DNA of 64,000 nt from a virus (lineage: Duplodnaviria; Caudoviricetes), in the IMG/VR virus record IMGVR_UViG_2934051868_000003, positions 1 through 64,000 of that record; one strand, given 5' to 3'. The translations under genes were made by a program, and so were the position numbers. The notes beneath the pieces are model-generated. The model had not been told where the DNA came from and ran no database searches. It saw only the letters and a program-made list of their open reading frames with translations. Every line of letters starts with the position of its first letter. Position 1 is the stretch's first letter. This document shows positions 55,517-64,000 of the stretch, in pieces.

Positions 55517-55917
55517 CCCTCCCGCTCCGGCCAATGCCAACTCCCGCCGGCCCGCTCGTTTTCCTGGTGGTGGCAGCCGCCCGCCGCCAGGGAGTGGAAG
55601 AACTGACCGGTCGGGTTCAGCACGCACAGGCCCACGACGTCGTTGTCACCGACCTCGGTGACCACAGCGGCGCGGCACTGGGCGGTGAACGCCTGCGAGC
55701 CGTCACTACGCGGCGGGGTTCCGTGACTGACGTAGTGAACGATCCGTCCGACGGTCGGCTTCATCTGCGTGCCGCCCCTTTCTGTCCGATGGTGGGGTGG
55801 CAGGCAGCCGCAGGTGCGGTGCCAAAGGTAGAGGGCTTTCGCGGCGACCTGATGCCAGTTGTCGTCGGCTTGCACGGCGACGGTGTGACCAGCGGCGCTG
55901 ATCTCCACCCGGGCCAT
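55513..55917 (-). CDS. hypothetical phage protein (PTVGRIVHY domain; possible internal start 55764)
   Basis: TGATG coupling to portal; PTVGRIVHY...CRAA...GSWHWP motif. Confidence 0.7.
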   Translation of the reverse strand: MARVEISAAGHTVAVQADDNWHQVAAKALYLWHRTCGCLPPHHRTERGGTQMKPTVGRIVHYVSHGTPPRSDGSQAFTAQCRAAVVTEVGDNDVVGLCVLNPTGQFFHSLAAGGCHHQENERAGGSWHWPEREG

Positions 55918-57935
55918 CAGCCCACAAGCGCGTAGATGAACCCGCGGCAGCGCAGCCCGCCCGCACAGGCTGGGTTGCGGCCCGTCGGCCGCGCAGCGAG
56001 CGCCCCGTCCAACGACGGGTATTCGGTGCCGTCCGCCTCCCGGCACGCCACGCACGTGTTCTTGTCCCGAGTTTCGCCGGCCTTGAAGCGGGTGCCGTCC
56101 GGCAGCGCACCCAACACCTGCTCCCGGCCCACACCCTGAGCGGTCAGCGCCGCATCCGACAGGCTGCCCGCCACCAAACCCGCAGACTTGGGCTGCGACA
56201 GGTCGGTGAGCGCGTCCGCGACGGCGGCCCGCACCTGGCCTTCGTCGGCGCCGCTGTGCGCCATCGCCACCCGCGACGCCGCCGACCGGTACCCGCCGAC
56301 GATCAGATCCACAACCCCGCGGGCCAGATCGCCGAGCCGGGCGCGGGTGGCCGCGTCGAGCGTGGCGTCGACCTGCCGGATCGGCGCCACCTCGACGGCA
56401 GTCATCGCCGCCGCCGACGTCGCCGCCGCCAGCAGCCCCGCCGACACCACCCCCGTCAACGCCGCCGTCGCCGAGGCAGGCACAGCCAACCCGGCCAACC
56501 CGGCGAGAGCACCACCGGCTGTCTCCGCAGCAACCGCCGCGGCGAGCGCGGTAACCAGCGGCCCGGACGCGTTCTGCCACCGTCCGGTCATCTCCGTGAC
56601 GGCCTGGTCGTGGGCGGCGTCCAACGCCTCTACATCCGTTGGCGGCTGGGATGGTGCCGCAGCAGCCACCGCCTCACCCCGCGCGGGCACCTTCGCAGGC
56701 GGCCCCGCCGGGAGCGGCTTCGGCGCATCCTGCCGCTCAGGTAGCCGGTACTCGCGGCGCACCCACGCTTCAAGCCCCGGATCCGCGGCGAGGGCACCCG
56801 AGTTCAGCAGTAGTTGCAGCGACTCGGCGGTCACCTCACGACGGGACCCGATACCCGACACCACCACACGCGGTACCGGCTCGTCCTCGCCCCAGTTCCA
56901 GTCGACGATCCGCGCCGCCGCCTGCCGGGTGGTCGCGTCGGCTACGGACTCCGCCTCGGATTCGAGGGCCAACGTCCAGGAGTCGATGAACGCTGTGCCC
57001 AACGCTCGTGACCCCGACTCCGACGTACCCAGGTCGAGGTGCGGCATCAGCACCGATGTGGCGATTTCCTGGTTCAGGAACCGGATGAACGCCACCGTGT
57101 CAGGCACGGACCCCGTCAACCCGACGATCTTCATCGTGAAGTTCGGGGGAACCGCCGCGCCGGCCTGGTCCCCGGCGCGTGCCGCCGACGCCATGCGCTG
57201 CGCCTCGGCGAGCTGCCCCGGCGTCGGGTTGGTTCCCGGCAGCGCCTCAGCGACGGCTACCCCTGCACCCCACCGCCGGTTCATGATCGCGGCGACGCGA
57301 AGCATCTCCGCTTTCAGCAGCCACGGCCGGTACGCCGCCCGCAACAGCGAGACACCCTGCCAAGAGGCACCCTCACGGTTCCGGGAGTAGAACACCAGCC
57401 GGTCCGCCGGAATCTGCGGACCCCGCCGCCGCAGCCCCGTCACCTGCTGGTCGATACCCAACAGCGCGCCGGTGCGCGGGTCGGCGTGAATGTTCGAGAT
57501 CGTCGCCGGGATCCGCTCCGCCAACGCGGCAAGCCGCGCCCGCCCGTCACCGTCGACCTCGGCCTGCATCTCGAAGGCGTAATGCCCGAACACCTGCGAC
57601 AGCAACGCCGACCGCAGATGATCATTCCAGGACACGCCCCGGCGCCGGAACCCCGACGGCCGATCCTGGCCGACCACGTTCAAACCGAGGCAGTCGGCGA
57701 CGAGCTGCGTCACCTCGGGCCGACAACCCGACCCGTCGAGCTGCCACTGCGCCCGCCGCAACTGCAATGCGTATCCGTCGATGATGGCGCGCAGCCGCGA
57801 GTCGGTGCGCATCTCGCTGTACACGGACACAGACGCCGGGTACAGCAGCGACGGAATGTGCTCGTAGACGTCAACGACGAGGGTTCCGAACTGCCGGTCG
57901 TCGACCATGCCGAGCAGTGAGGTGGGGGCAGACAT
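55917..57935 (-). CDS. portal protein (DUF935-like) fused to MuF-like head morphogenesis domain
   Basis: G.SLLRAAYRPW..K, GSRALG motifs; C-terminal DKNTC..C...C.GG.RCRG. Confidence 0.88.
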   Translation of the reverse strand: MSAPTSLLGMVDDRQFGTLVVDVYEHIPSLLYPASVSVYSEMRTDSRLRAIIDGYALQLRRAQWQLDGSGCRPEVTQLVADCLGLNVVGQDRPSGFRRRGVSWNDHLRSALLSQVFGHYAFEMQAEVDGDGRARLAALAERIPATISNIHADPRTGALLGIDQQVTGLRRRGPQIPADRLVFYSRNREGASWQGVSLLRAAYRPWLLKAEMLRVAAIMNRRWGAGVAVAEALPGTNPTPGQLAEAQRMASAARAGDQAGAAVPPNFTMKIVGLTGSVPDTVAFIRFLNQEIATSVLMPHLDLGTSESGSRALGTAFIDSWTLALESEAESVADATTRQAAARIVDWNWGEDEPVPRVVVSGIGSRREVTAESLQLLLNSGALAADPGLEAWVRREYRLPERQDAPKPLPAGPPAKVPARGEAVAAAAPSQPPTDVEALDAAHDQAVTEMTGRWQNASGPLVTALAAAVAAETAGGALAGLAGLAVPASATAALTGVVSAGLLAAATSAAAMTAVEVAPIRQVDATLDAATRARLGDLARGVVDLIVGGYRSAASRVAMAHSGADEGQVRAAVADALTDLSQPKSAGLVAGSLSDAALTAQGVGREQVLGALPDGTRFKAGETRDKNTCVACREADGTEYPSLDGALAARPTGRNPACAGGLRCRGFIYALVG

Positions 57936-57961
57936 CAGTCACCCCCACAACAGCCAGTCTT

Positions 57962-60007
57962 CTACAGCGGCTCGCTCGCCCAGTCCACGTCCCGAACCTC
58001 CGGCAACTCCACCCGGTCAACCGCTGGTTGGGGATGCGCCTGCACCGGCGGCGGTGCCCACTGCGTCGCCGACGCGAACACAGCCAACGCCAGCGCCGTC
58101 ACCGACCCGTCGAATCGGCTACTCGGAAACGCCAGGAACTCCGACGTCCACTGCTCCCGCCAATCCGCCTCACCTGGCAGCCACACGCGTCCCGCAGAGA
58201 CGGCGGACGACGCCGGCAACGCCCGGCCCAGCCGGTCCGGGTCGATGTCCAGCGGTGTCACCACCACACCAGGAAGCGACAAACCCGCCTTGATGAGCGA
58301 CGCGAACTGCTGTCGGGTCACGTAGGTGGCGTCCACAGCCCAACCGCGCGCCGCGTCGGCGACCACCTGAAGTGGGTTACTGTCACCGACTCGGCAGCGT
58401 TCACGGGCCAGCAGCAGCAGGTGCCCTTCAAGGGTGCGACCCCACACGGCAGCCACAGTGAAGTCGGCGCCGCCGTCCTCGCCCGCCGCGATATGGGCGG
58501 TGGCAAACAGCCACATCGACGCGACAGGCCACGTCCGGCCGCCGTACGCCACACCGCGGCTACCGTCGTCGGCTCGCGCCCACGACCAGTACCGCCAGTA
58601 CATGCGGCCGAACAGATCCCCGCCAGCCGGAGCGACGGCGGTCAGCATGAGCGCGTCAGCGCGGTCCGGGGACGGCATGCCCCGCTTCCGCATCTCATCC
58701 TTCGACTCGATCTGAATCTGACCGCGCGACGTGAACCGATACTTGATCGCACCCAACTGCGCGGCCACACCCTCATCGGCGGGGTCCAAGTCGATGTCGC
58801 CGTCCTCGAACCGGCTGCGCAACGCCCAAAACCATTCGGAGCGGGCGTTGAGGAACCGTTCCCGATCCGACGCGGCGGCGCCGGCCTGCATGTCCAGCAC
58901 CCCGTAGCCAAGCTCCGTCAACCGGTCCACAACCCCGGCGCCGACGCCGACACCGTCCACGCGGATCTCATCCGCGCCCGTCTCCCGTTTCGCGTCGATA
59001 ACTCGGCCGGTGGTTTCGGTGGTGGCCTGTTTCGTGTACTCGCCGACCAGCCTTGCGACCGGGCCGTTGCGGACGTAGATGACGGTGCGGTCGGAACCGA
59101 ACCGGGCCACGTCCACACCCAGGATGCCGCGGCCGGCCCGTTCGAGGCTGCGCTGTTGGGCGGCCTCAATCCAGGCGGGCGGGATGAGAACGTCTTCGCC
59201 GATCTCCGGGAACTCGCCGAGCACCTTCGACACGTAGCGGGGGGAGTCCTCACCCCAGCGGCGTTTCTTGTCCTCCACCCACTCGGGGTCGAGCATCAGC
59301 GGACGCAGATCGTCGGGAAACGGCTCGTCGGTGAAGTTGGGGGTGTCAAACGCTGAGATGCCGATGACGTTCCAACCCGAGCCGGGCTTGCACACGTCAC
59401 CGAACTCGGTGTTCGGATCGTCAGGATTCGCGACGGCAAGGATCCGGCAGTCCTTGTTCGTCGTGATCGCTTCAACAGCCGTCCACAGCTGTCGAGGCAC
59501 GCCGCATGCTTCGTCGATGATCACGAGAACGTATCGGCGGTGGATGCCCTGAAAGCCGTGGACATCGGTGTCAGCGGGCTTGCGGCCCCAGCCGATGAGC
59601 GTGCCATCCGCAAGCTGCCACTGGTCGGACAGCAGGACTCGGCCTGGTAGAGGGTTGCCCCTGCCGGCTGCCTTCTTCGCGGCACCCCTGATCTCTTCCC
59701 AGAGGATGCCGTGTATCTGCTGATAGGTCGGCGCTGTGCTGACGACAAACGCCTCACCGGGCGGGTGAACATCCAGCCAGTACGAGGCAATGCGGGAAGC
59801 GAGGAACGACTTCCCGGAGTTGTGGCAACTGCGGACGGCAGTCCGCCTGTTGTTGACGACCGATAGGGCGATTTGCTGCTGCTTGCTCCAGAGATGTTCG
59901 CCCAGCCGGTCGGCGACCCAGCCGGCGGGATCACCAGAGAATGGGTGCGGGGCCGGCGGTTCGAATGCTCTGGCGGCCAACTCGAACGGTGACACGACAG
60001 CGGTCAC
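57962..60007 (-). CDS. terL: terminase large subunit with extra degenerate nuclease domain
   Basis: SCHNSGKS Walker A, IIDEA Walker B, GVDVARFGSD and SPDRADA nuclease motifs. Confidence 0.92.
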   Translation of the reverse strand: MTAVVSPFELAARAFEPPAPHPFSGDPAGWVADRLGEHLWSKQQQIALSVVNNRRTAVRSCHNSGKSFLASRIASYWLDVHPPGEAFVVSTAPTYQQIHGILWEEIRGAAKKAAGRGNPLPGRVLLSDQWQLADGTLIGWGRKPADTDVHGFQGIHRRYVLVIIDEACGVPRQLWTAVEAITTNKDCRILAVANPDDPNTEFGDVCKPGSGWNVIGISAFDTPNFTDEPFPDDLRPLMLDPEWVEDKKRRWGEDSPRYVSKVLGEFPEIGEDVLIPPAWIEAAQQRSLERAGRGILGVDVARFGSDRTVIYVRNGPVARLVGEYTKQATTETTGRVIDAKRETGADEIRVDGVGVGAGVVDRLTELGYGVLDMQAGAAASDRERFLNARSEWFWALRSRFEDGDIDLDPADEGVAAQLGAIKYRFTSRGQIQIESKDEMRKRGMPSPDRADALMLTAVAPAGGDLFGRMYWRYWSWARADDGSRGVAYGGRTWPVASMWLFATAHIAAGEDGGADFTVAAVWGRTLEGHLLLLARERCRVGDSNPLQVVADAARGWAVDATYVTRQQFASLIKAGLSLPGVVVTPLDIDPDRLGRALPASSAVSAGRVWLPGEADWREQWTSEFLAFPSSRFDGSVTALALAVFASATQWAPPPVQAHPQPAVDRVELPEVRDVDWASEPL

Positions 60008-60020
60008 CGTCACCGCCCCC

Positions 60021-61124
60021 TTAGACCGGCACCATCCCCGAGCCTGCCAGGAACATGCCAGCAACCTTGACCGCACGCACGCGTCGACGTGTGACTGCCT
60101 CTACCGACACCACCGTTCGGTGGGTGTGGCGGCGATCAGCCTCGCCCGACCATCGTGAAGCCTTCCGGGGTAGGGCGAACGGGCATTCGGTCGGTGTGAA
60201 GTTCACGTGCCAGTAGTGGTAGATATCGCCTGGCCGGTTCGGGTGCGGTCGGGACTGCGCGGTCATGAACGCCCGCCAGCCGAGACTGCGAACCAACTCC
60301 ACCAAGCCTTCGGCGAGGACGCGGTCACGTTGCTCGACTGCGGCGGATCTGGCGCCCATCCAGAAACCGTCGGTGTCCATGAACCCGCGTAGGAGGTCCA
60401 GCCTCTGCTGGCGGCTTCCCCGCAGGTATCCCTGGGGAAAGTGCTTGTTCTGGAAGACGCCGGCAGCCTTCAACTGCGTCTTGCCCCTGCCCTTGTGGTC
60501 GGGCAAATTGAGCACTCCGTCATCCGGGCGGAACCCGAAGTCAACGCTGCGGTCCCTCACTCGCGCGGCACGCATCGACACCGCCATGCCCTGCCGGCGG
60601 AACTCTTCGATCATCCACTGGTCGCACGTCGTCATCGTGGCGCTGTCCTTGCACCCGTCACCCAGCCATGCCCCCAGCACGTACGGCGGAAGAGGCAAGT
60701 CGCCGTCGCCGAGTTCAAGTGGACGGCAGAGGGGGATGCTCCAGTTGCTCGCGCTCGACGCGCCGATCTTCGAACGTCGTTCGAGAGCCGGCCCGAGAAC
60801 CCGCTCCGCTAGATCCCATCGGTCGCGCCAGTCGACTACACCTTGGCGCGCTCTGGCCCGCCGACCAGAGTTGATCGCAGACCAGGAGTTGCCGGAATGT
60901 GCGATCAGCTCGGCCCCATCATCGAAGCGCACCTTTTGGCAGGTTCGGTACGTGGTGGGGTCTGTGACCGCGAGAACCGGCGTCGCGTATCCGCGCTCAT
61001 CCAGCAGCTCCACGCCAGGCCGAAGATCAAGAATCGTCGTCCACCCGGTCGGGGTGGCAAGAGGCGTGTCGAGTGTGAACGCCTTGAACCCTGGATCGGC
61101 GAGGTCCCCGCTGATACAAACCAT
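60021..61124 (-). CDS. Stand-alone intein-like LAGLIDADG endonuclease lacking splicing residues
   Basis: KAFTLDTPLATPTGW, PYVLGAWLGDG, LLRGFMDTDG; ends FLAGSGMVPV-stop without His-Asn. Confidence 0.85.
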   Translation of the reverse strand: MVCISGDLADPGFKAFTLDTPLATPTGWTTILDLRPGVELLDERGYATPVLAVTDPTTYRTCQKVRFDDGAELIAHSGNSWSAINSGRRARARQGVVDWRDRWDLAERVLGPALERRSKIGASSASNWSIPLCRPLELGDGDLPLPPYVLGAWLGDGCKDSATMTTCDQWMIEEFRRQGMAVSMRAARVRDRSVDFGFRPDDGVLNLPDHKGRGKTQLKAAGVFQNKHFPQGYLRGSRQQRLDLLRGFMDTDGFWMGARSAAVEQRDRVLAEGLVELVRSLGWRAFMTAQSRPHPNRPGDIYHYWHVNFTPTECPFALPRKASRWSGEADRRHTHRTVVSVEAVTRRRVRAVKVAGMFLAGSGMVPV

Positions 61125-61134
61125 GTCGCTAGTT

Positions 61135-61153
61135 TACCCAACACTGTTGGGTA
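61135..61153. promoter_or_regulatory. Palindrome TACCCAACA-C-TGTTGGGTA between divergent genes
   Basis: Perfect 9-bp arms; extra half site CTGTTGGGTA at 61172. Confidence 0.75.
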
Positions 61154-61180
61154 GATGGGCTTCGCCCTACGCTGTTGGGT

Positions 61181-61375
61181 ATGGAGGGATACCTGACCAC
61201 CGCCGAGGCGGCCACCAAGCTCGGGCTGACATCCCGGACCATGTACTACTACGCCCGCGACCACGCAGACTTCCCTCAACCCCAGCGATTCGGACGCGCG
61301 CTCATGTGGCCCGCCGCAGCGCTCGAAGCGTGGCGCACCAAACACCCCGCGCGGCCCCGCCAGCCGAACGGCTGA
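61181..61375 (+). CDS. AlpA-family DNA-binding protein
   Basis: LTTAEAATKLGLTSRTMY...FPQP..FGR...W....LEAW. Confidence 0.82.
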   Translation: MEGYLTTAEAATKLGLTSRTMYYYARDHADFPQPQRFGRALMWPAAALEAWRTKHPARPRQPNG

Positions 61376-61420
61376 CTATCTGGCCCATTCAGGGGTGCAA
61401 CCCCTCATCGGCCGAACGGA

Positions 61421-62011
61421 CTAGGCGACCGCCCGCAGATGCCGGGGAACCACCGTGCCGACCTTCGCCTGCTGCTCCGGCGTCAAATCCAGATCCCCCA
61501 GGATCGCCTTGATGACGCCCGCCAGCATCGCGCCCTGCTGCTCGGCCAGCCGAACCTTCCGCTCCTCAATCCCGGCGGAGATCGCCTCCTTGGCGACCTT
61601 CACCAAGTGGGCGCGTTCGCGCTGCCACAGCTGCACCCAGATGTTCACCTCGGCGGCGCGGGTGGTGTCCACGCCGGGGAACTCGCCCGCGTCCTTGGTG
61701 ACCTCTTCGGTGACACCCCAGACGACTTGGTCCGCTTGGAGGGCCTGCACCTGCTGGTGCAGCCAGTCGACGGCCCCGGCGGTGCGGTACACCTCTTCAA
61801 GGAGCGCATCTCGGGGGTCAATCTCGCGGGGCAGGCCGAACGTCGCTACAGCCTTCTCGGCGAGCACGCGTTCTGCCGCTTTTCGGTGCGTCGGGGTGTT
61901 GCCGCCATGAAGACGGCACCGGCCAGACTTATTTGGCGTTCCCCAACCTTGAGGCTTCCGGCATGTATCGCCGCCCCTCTTTGCCGCTCCGCAGCGCTCC
62001 GTCTCGGGCAC
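61421..62011 (-). CDS. terS: terminase small subunit (HGG-motif type)
   Basis: CGA...C....G.GT...GRCRLHGG.TP; position upstream of terL. Confidence 0.75.
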   Translation of the reverse strand: MPETERCGAAKRGGDTCRKPQGWGTPNKSGRCRLHGGNTPTHRKAAERVLAEKAVATFGLPREIDPRDALLEEVYRTAGAVDWLHQQVQALQADQVVWGVTEEVTKDAGEFPGVDTTRAAEVNIWVQLWQRERAHLVKVAKEAISAGIEERKVRLAEQQGAMLAGVIKAILGDLDLTPEQQAKVGTVVPRHLRAVA

Positions 62012-62813
62012 GTCTCACCGCCTTCAGCGCAGACAGCGACGCGGATGTGTTGGCAGCTTCGAGGGCCGCTTCGATCTCATCCCAGTGGTCGGCCGACAGC
62101 CAAACGCCAAGACGACGGTTTGCGATCTGCTGCGAAGGGGTCGCCCACCGACAGTTGTCGGGGGTGTAGTTGCCATCCACGTTGATGCGATCGAGTGTCA
62201 TGCCTTCCGGGCGTTCACCCATGTCGTGAAGGAAGGCGCCGAAGTTGTCGCGCCATCGGTCGCAAACCTCGATCCCCCGGCCGCCAAAGCTGGCGTAGCC
62301 GTTGGTGCTCGGGCGGTAGCAGCGATCACGCATCGCTTGCCATGACCGATAGGTGGGTGACGGGGTCGGCCGCCGGTGCCCGTGCTCCCTGTTGCTCTTG
62401 CCTACCGCGGACCAGCGAGCCTTGCTCTGGCATCCGCAGTGGTCCCACCCTGGTAGGCGCTGCTCAAGTTTGAGTATCGAGATGACCTTTGAGCCGCCGC
62501 AGTCGCAGTCGGCGCGTACCTGAAGATTGCCGGATCGAGCTACCGGCGGGGCTTCTTCCCTGACGGTGAGAGCGCCGAAACGCCGCCCGATTAGAGGCGC
62601 GATCTTCGCGGCACGTTGCTCAGCACGCGTGTCGATCTCGTGGCGCTTTACTGCCCGCTGCACTGTTGACGGGCCGCAACCGATCTCAGCCGCAATCTGG
62701 CGCACCCCTCGGGTGCCTACTTGGCGGCGGAGCCAGTCGCGATCCGCGAGCTTCCTACGCCAAGGTTCCCCGGTCGTGCCTTCCATGGCCAACTTAACGC
62801 TGTGTTTTTCCAT
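61929..62813 (-). CDS. HNH-type endonuclease with N-terminal HTH
   Basis: Y.SW.AM..RC...GGRGI.VC.RW...F..DMGERP...TLDRI..DGNY.P.NCRWAT. Confidence 0.85.
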   Translation of the reverse strand: MEKHSVKLAMEGTTGEPWRRKLADRDWLRRQVGTRGVRQIAAEIGCGPSTVQRAVKRHEIDTRAEQRAAKIAPLIGRRFGALTVREEAPPVARSGNLQVRADCDCGGSKVISILKLEQRLPGWDHCGCQSKARWSAVGKSNREHGHRRPTPSPTYRSWQAMRDRCYRPSTNGYASFGGRGIEVCDRWRDNFGAFLHDMGERPEGMTLDRINVDGNYTPDNCRWATPSQQIANRRLGVWLSADHWDEIEAALEAANTSASLSALKAVRRARDGALRSGKEGRRYMPEASRLGNAK

Positions 62814-62918
62814 TTACGCAGTATAAGGCCAATACCGGAATGACTCGTACCTGCCCGGGGGTGTTCCCGGCCCGCGCCCGGGGAGTGGGCGGTGCGGGCC
62901 GGGAACGTTGTGGGGCCG

Positions 62919-63308
62919 TCAGCGGAAGGTGTCGGTGCCCGGCTCGGTCGGCTCCTCGACGGGCGGGACCGGGGTGTCGGAGCCGTCGGCGTCGCCGACC
63001 TCCACGTCCAGCTCGCCGAGGGCGGCGGTGTGCCGGTCGAGGGCGGCGTTGGCGCGGTCGATGGCGGCCTGCTCCGCCTCGGTGGGGTTCTCCCGGTCGG
63101 CGATCATGGCGTCGCGGAAGGCGCGGAAGTCGGCGAGGACGTCGGCGGTGACGGTGGACAGGCTGTCAACCTTGGCGGTGACCTGGTCGAGCTGTTCGGC
63201 GGTGGTGGCCACTTGCTGCTCCATTCGATCGAGTTTGGTGTGGATGCTGTCGTCGCGGAGATAGGACGTCAGCCAGTCTCGGAAGGTGATCCGTTCGGGG
63301 GTGGGCAT
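62919..63308 (-). CDS. acidic coiled-coil protein
   Basis: GGGAG RBS, GC3 bias. Confidence 0.75.
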   Translation of the reverse strand: MPTPERITFRDWLTSYLRDDSIHTKLDRMEQQVATTAEQLDQVTAKVDSLSTVTADVLADFRAFRDAMIADRENPTEAEQAAIDRANAALDRHTAALGELDVEVGDADGSDTPVPPVEEPTEPGTDTFR

Positions 63309-63338
63309 CAGGTATCTCCCGACGGGTGGGGGCTGGTG

Positions 63339-63683
63339 TCAGGTGCGTAGTTCGATGAGCGCACTACGCGGACCGGGATAGCGCTCGTTCGCGTGGGAAG
63401 CCGGCTGAATTTGGAAGTCGATGGGCAGGCCGGTCATGGCTTTGCCAAGCGCTGCGAACGCGAGGGTGACTGCGGCGAGTTTCGGGTTTGTTTCGGCGCT
63501 CTGGTTCCGGTCGCCGAAGCGTTCAGTGAACTCGTCGTCGGGCAGGATGAGGCGCACATCGACGTCGCGCCAGTCTTTGCGGTCGAGTGATGACCCGACG
63601 TGGTAGGGGACGTGGCCGAAGTAGTCGGTGACGATCACGCCGAACTTGGTCAGCCAGATCCCGGCGGGCATGCCTGTGCTCAC
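63339..63683 (-). CDS. minimal nucleotidyltransferase (Pol-beta superfamily)
   Basis: YHVGSSL...WRDVDVRL...PIDFQIQ; GTGA coupling. Confidence 0.72.
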   Translation of the reverse strand: MSTGMPAGIWLTKFGVIVTDYFGHVPYHVGSSLDRKDWRDVDVRLILPDDEFTERFGDRNQSAETNPKLAAVTLAFAALGKAMTGLPIDFQIQPASHANERYPGPRSALIELRT

Positions 63684-63925
63684 TGGTCGTCTCCCCGCTC
63701 GGCGAGTGCCCGTTCGATGCGGTCGAGGCGGTCGCACACGTCCCGGTCGTCGGCCGCCTCGGAGGTGGCGAGTTCGCTCGCGAAGTTCGCGTACAGGGAC
63801 ACCAGGATCACGAACAGGATCGACTCAGCCCACCAGAGAGCGGCGGGGATGGCGAGCAGCACCCACATGCTGGCGAGCCCGCGGTGGATCCACACTTTGC
63901 GGCGTTGCCGGCGGCGCTTGTCCAT
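63680..63925 (-). CDS. small membrane protein
   Basis: AGGAGG RBS; W.ESILFV...SLYAN motif. Confidence 0.75.
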   Translation of the reverse strand: MDKRRRQRRKVWIHRGLASMWVLLAIPAALWWAESILFVILVSLYANFASELATSEAADDRDVCDRLDRIERALAERGDDQ

Positions 63926-64000
63926 GCCCGCCTCCTGCCGCGGACAGGCAAAGGCCCCGCCGGACCGAAGTTGGACGGGGCCTATAAGAGATGTGGAGAC

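Larger units (their letters stand above)
1..64000. mobile_element. Temperate siphovirus / phage-plasmid genome segment (boundaries not seen in window)
   Basis: Canonical siphovirus gene order from 62 kb to 30.5 kb plus replication, accessory and transfer genes; no host housekeeping genes recognised. Confidence 0.93.

Noticed and set aside
1-64000. Integrase, att sites, tRNA, rRNA, CRISPR array, reverse transcriptase
   Set aside because: None recognised by eye; they may lie outside the window

Overview
High-GC actinobacterial (Micromonosporaceae-like, by inference from gene content) temperate siphovirus or phage-plasmid segment. The right half (about 30.5-64 kb, minus strand) is an essentially complete virion and lysis operon: terS, terL, portal-MuF fusion, protease/scaffold, decoration protein, major capsid, fibre module, head-tail connectors, major tail, frameshifted tail chaperones, tape measure, minor tail, endolysin and holins. 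The left half holds two candidate replication modules with iteron-like origins, many short accessory ORFs in small self-regulated cassettes, and a Streptomyces-type conjugative transfer module (GntR/UTRA Kor-like repressor, DUF2637/Spd-like protein, TraA-like protein, FtsK/SpoIIIE TraB). Notable oddities: two TnpA-less tnpB genes with intact catalytic residues, a stand-alone splicing-defective intein-like LAGLIDADG nuclease in front of terL, a terminase with a second degenerate nuclease domain, a 2H phosphodiesterase inside the capsid protease/scaffold, an orphan FxSxx-COOH peptide behind an XRE regulator, and dense DNA motif arrays hidden in the transfer genes. No integrase, tRNA or CRISPR array was seen. 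All family assignments come from motif recognition by eye; no searches were run.
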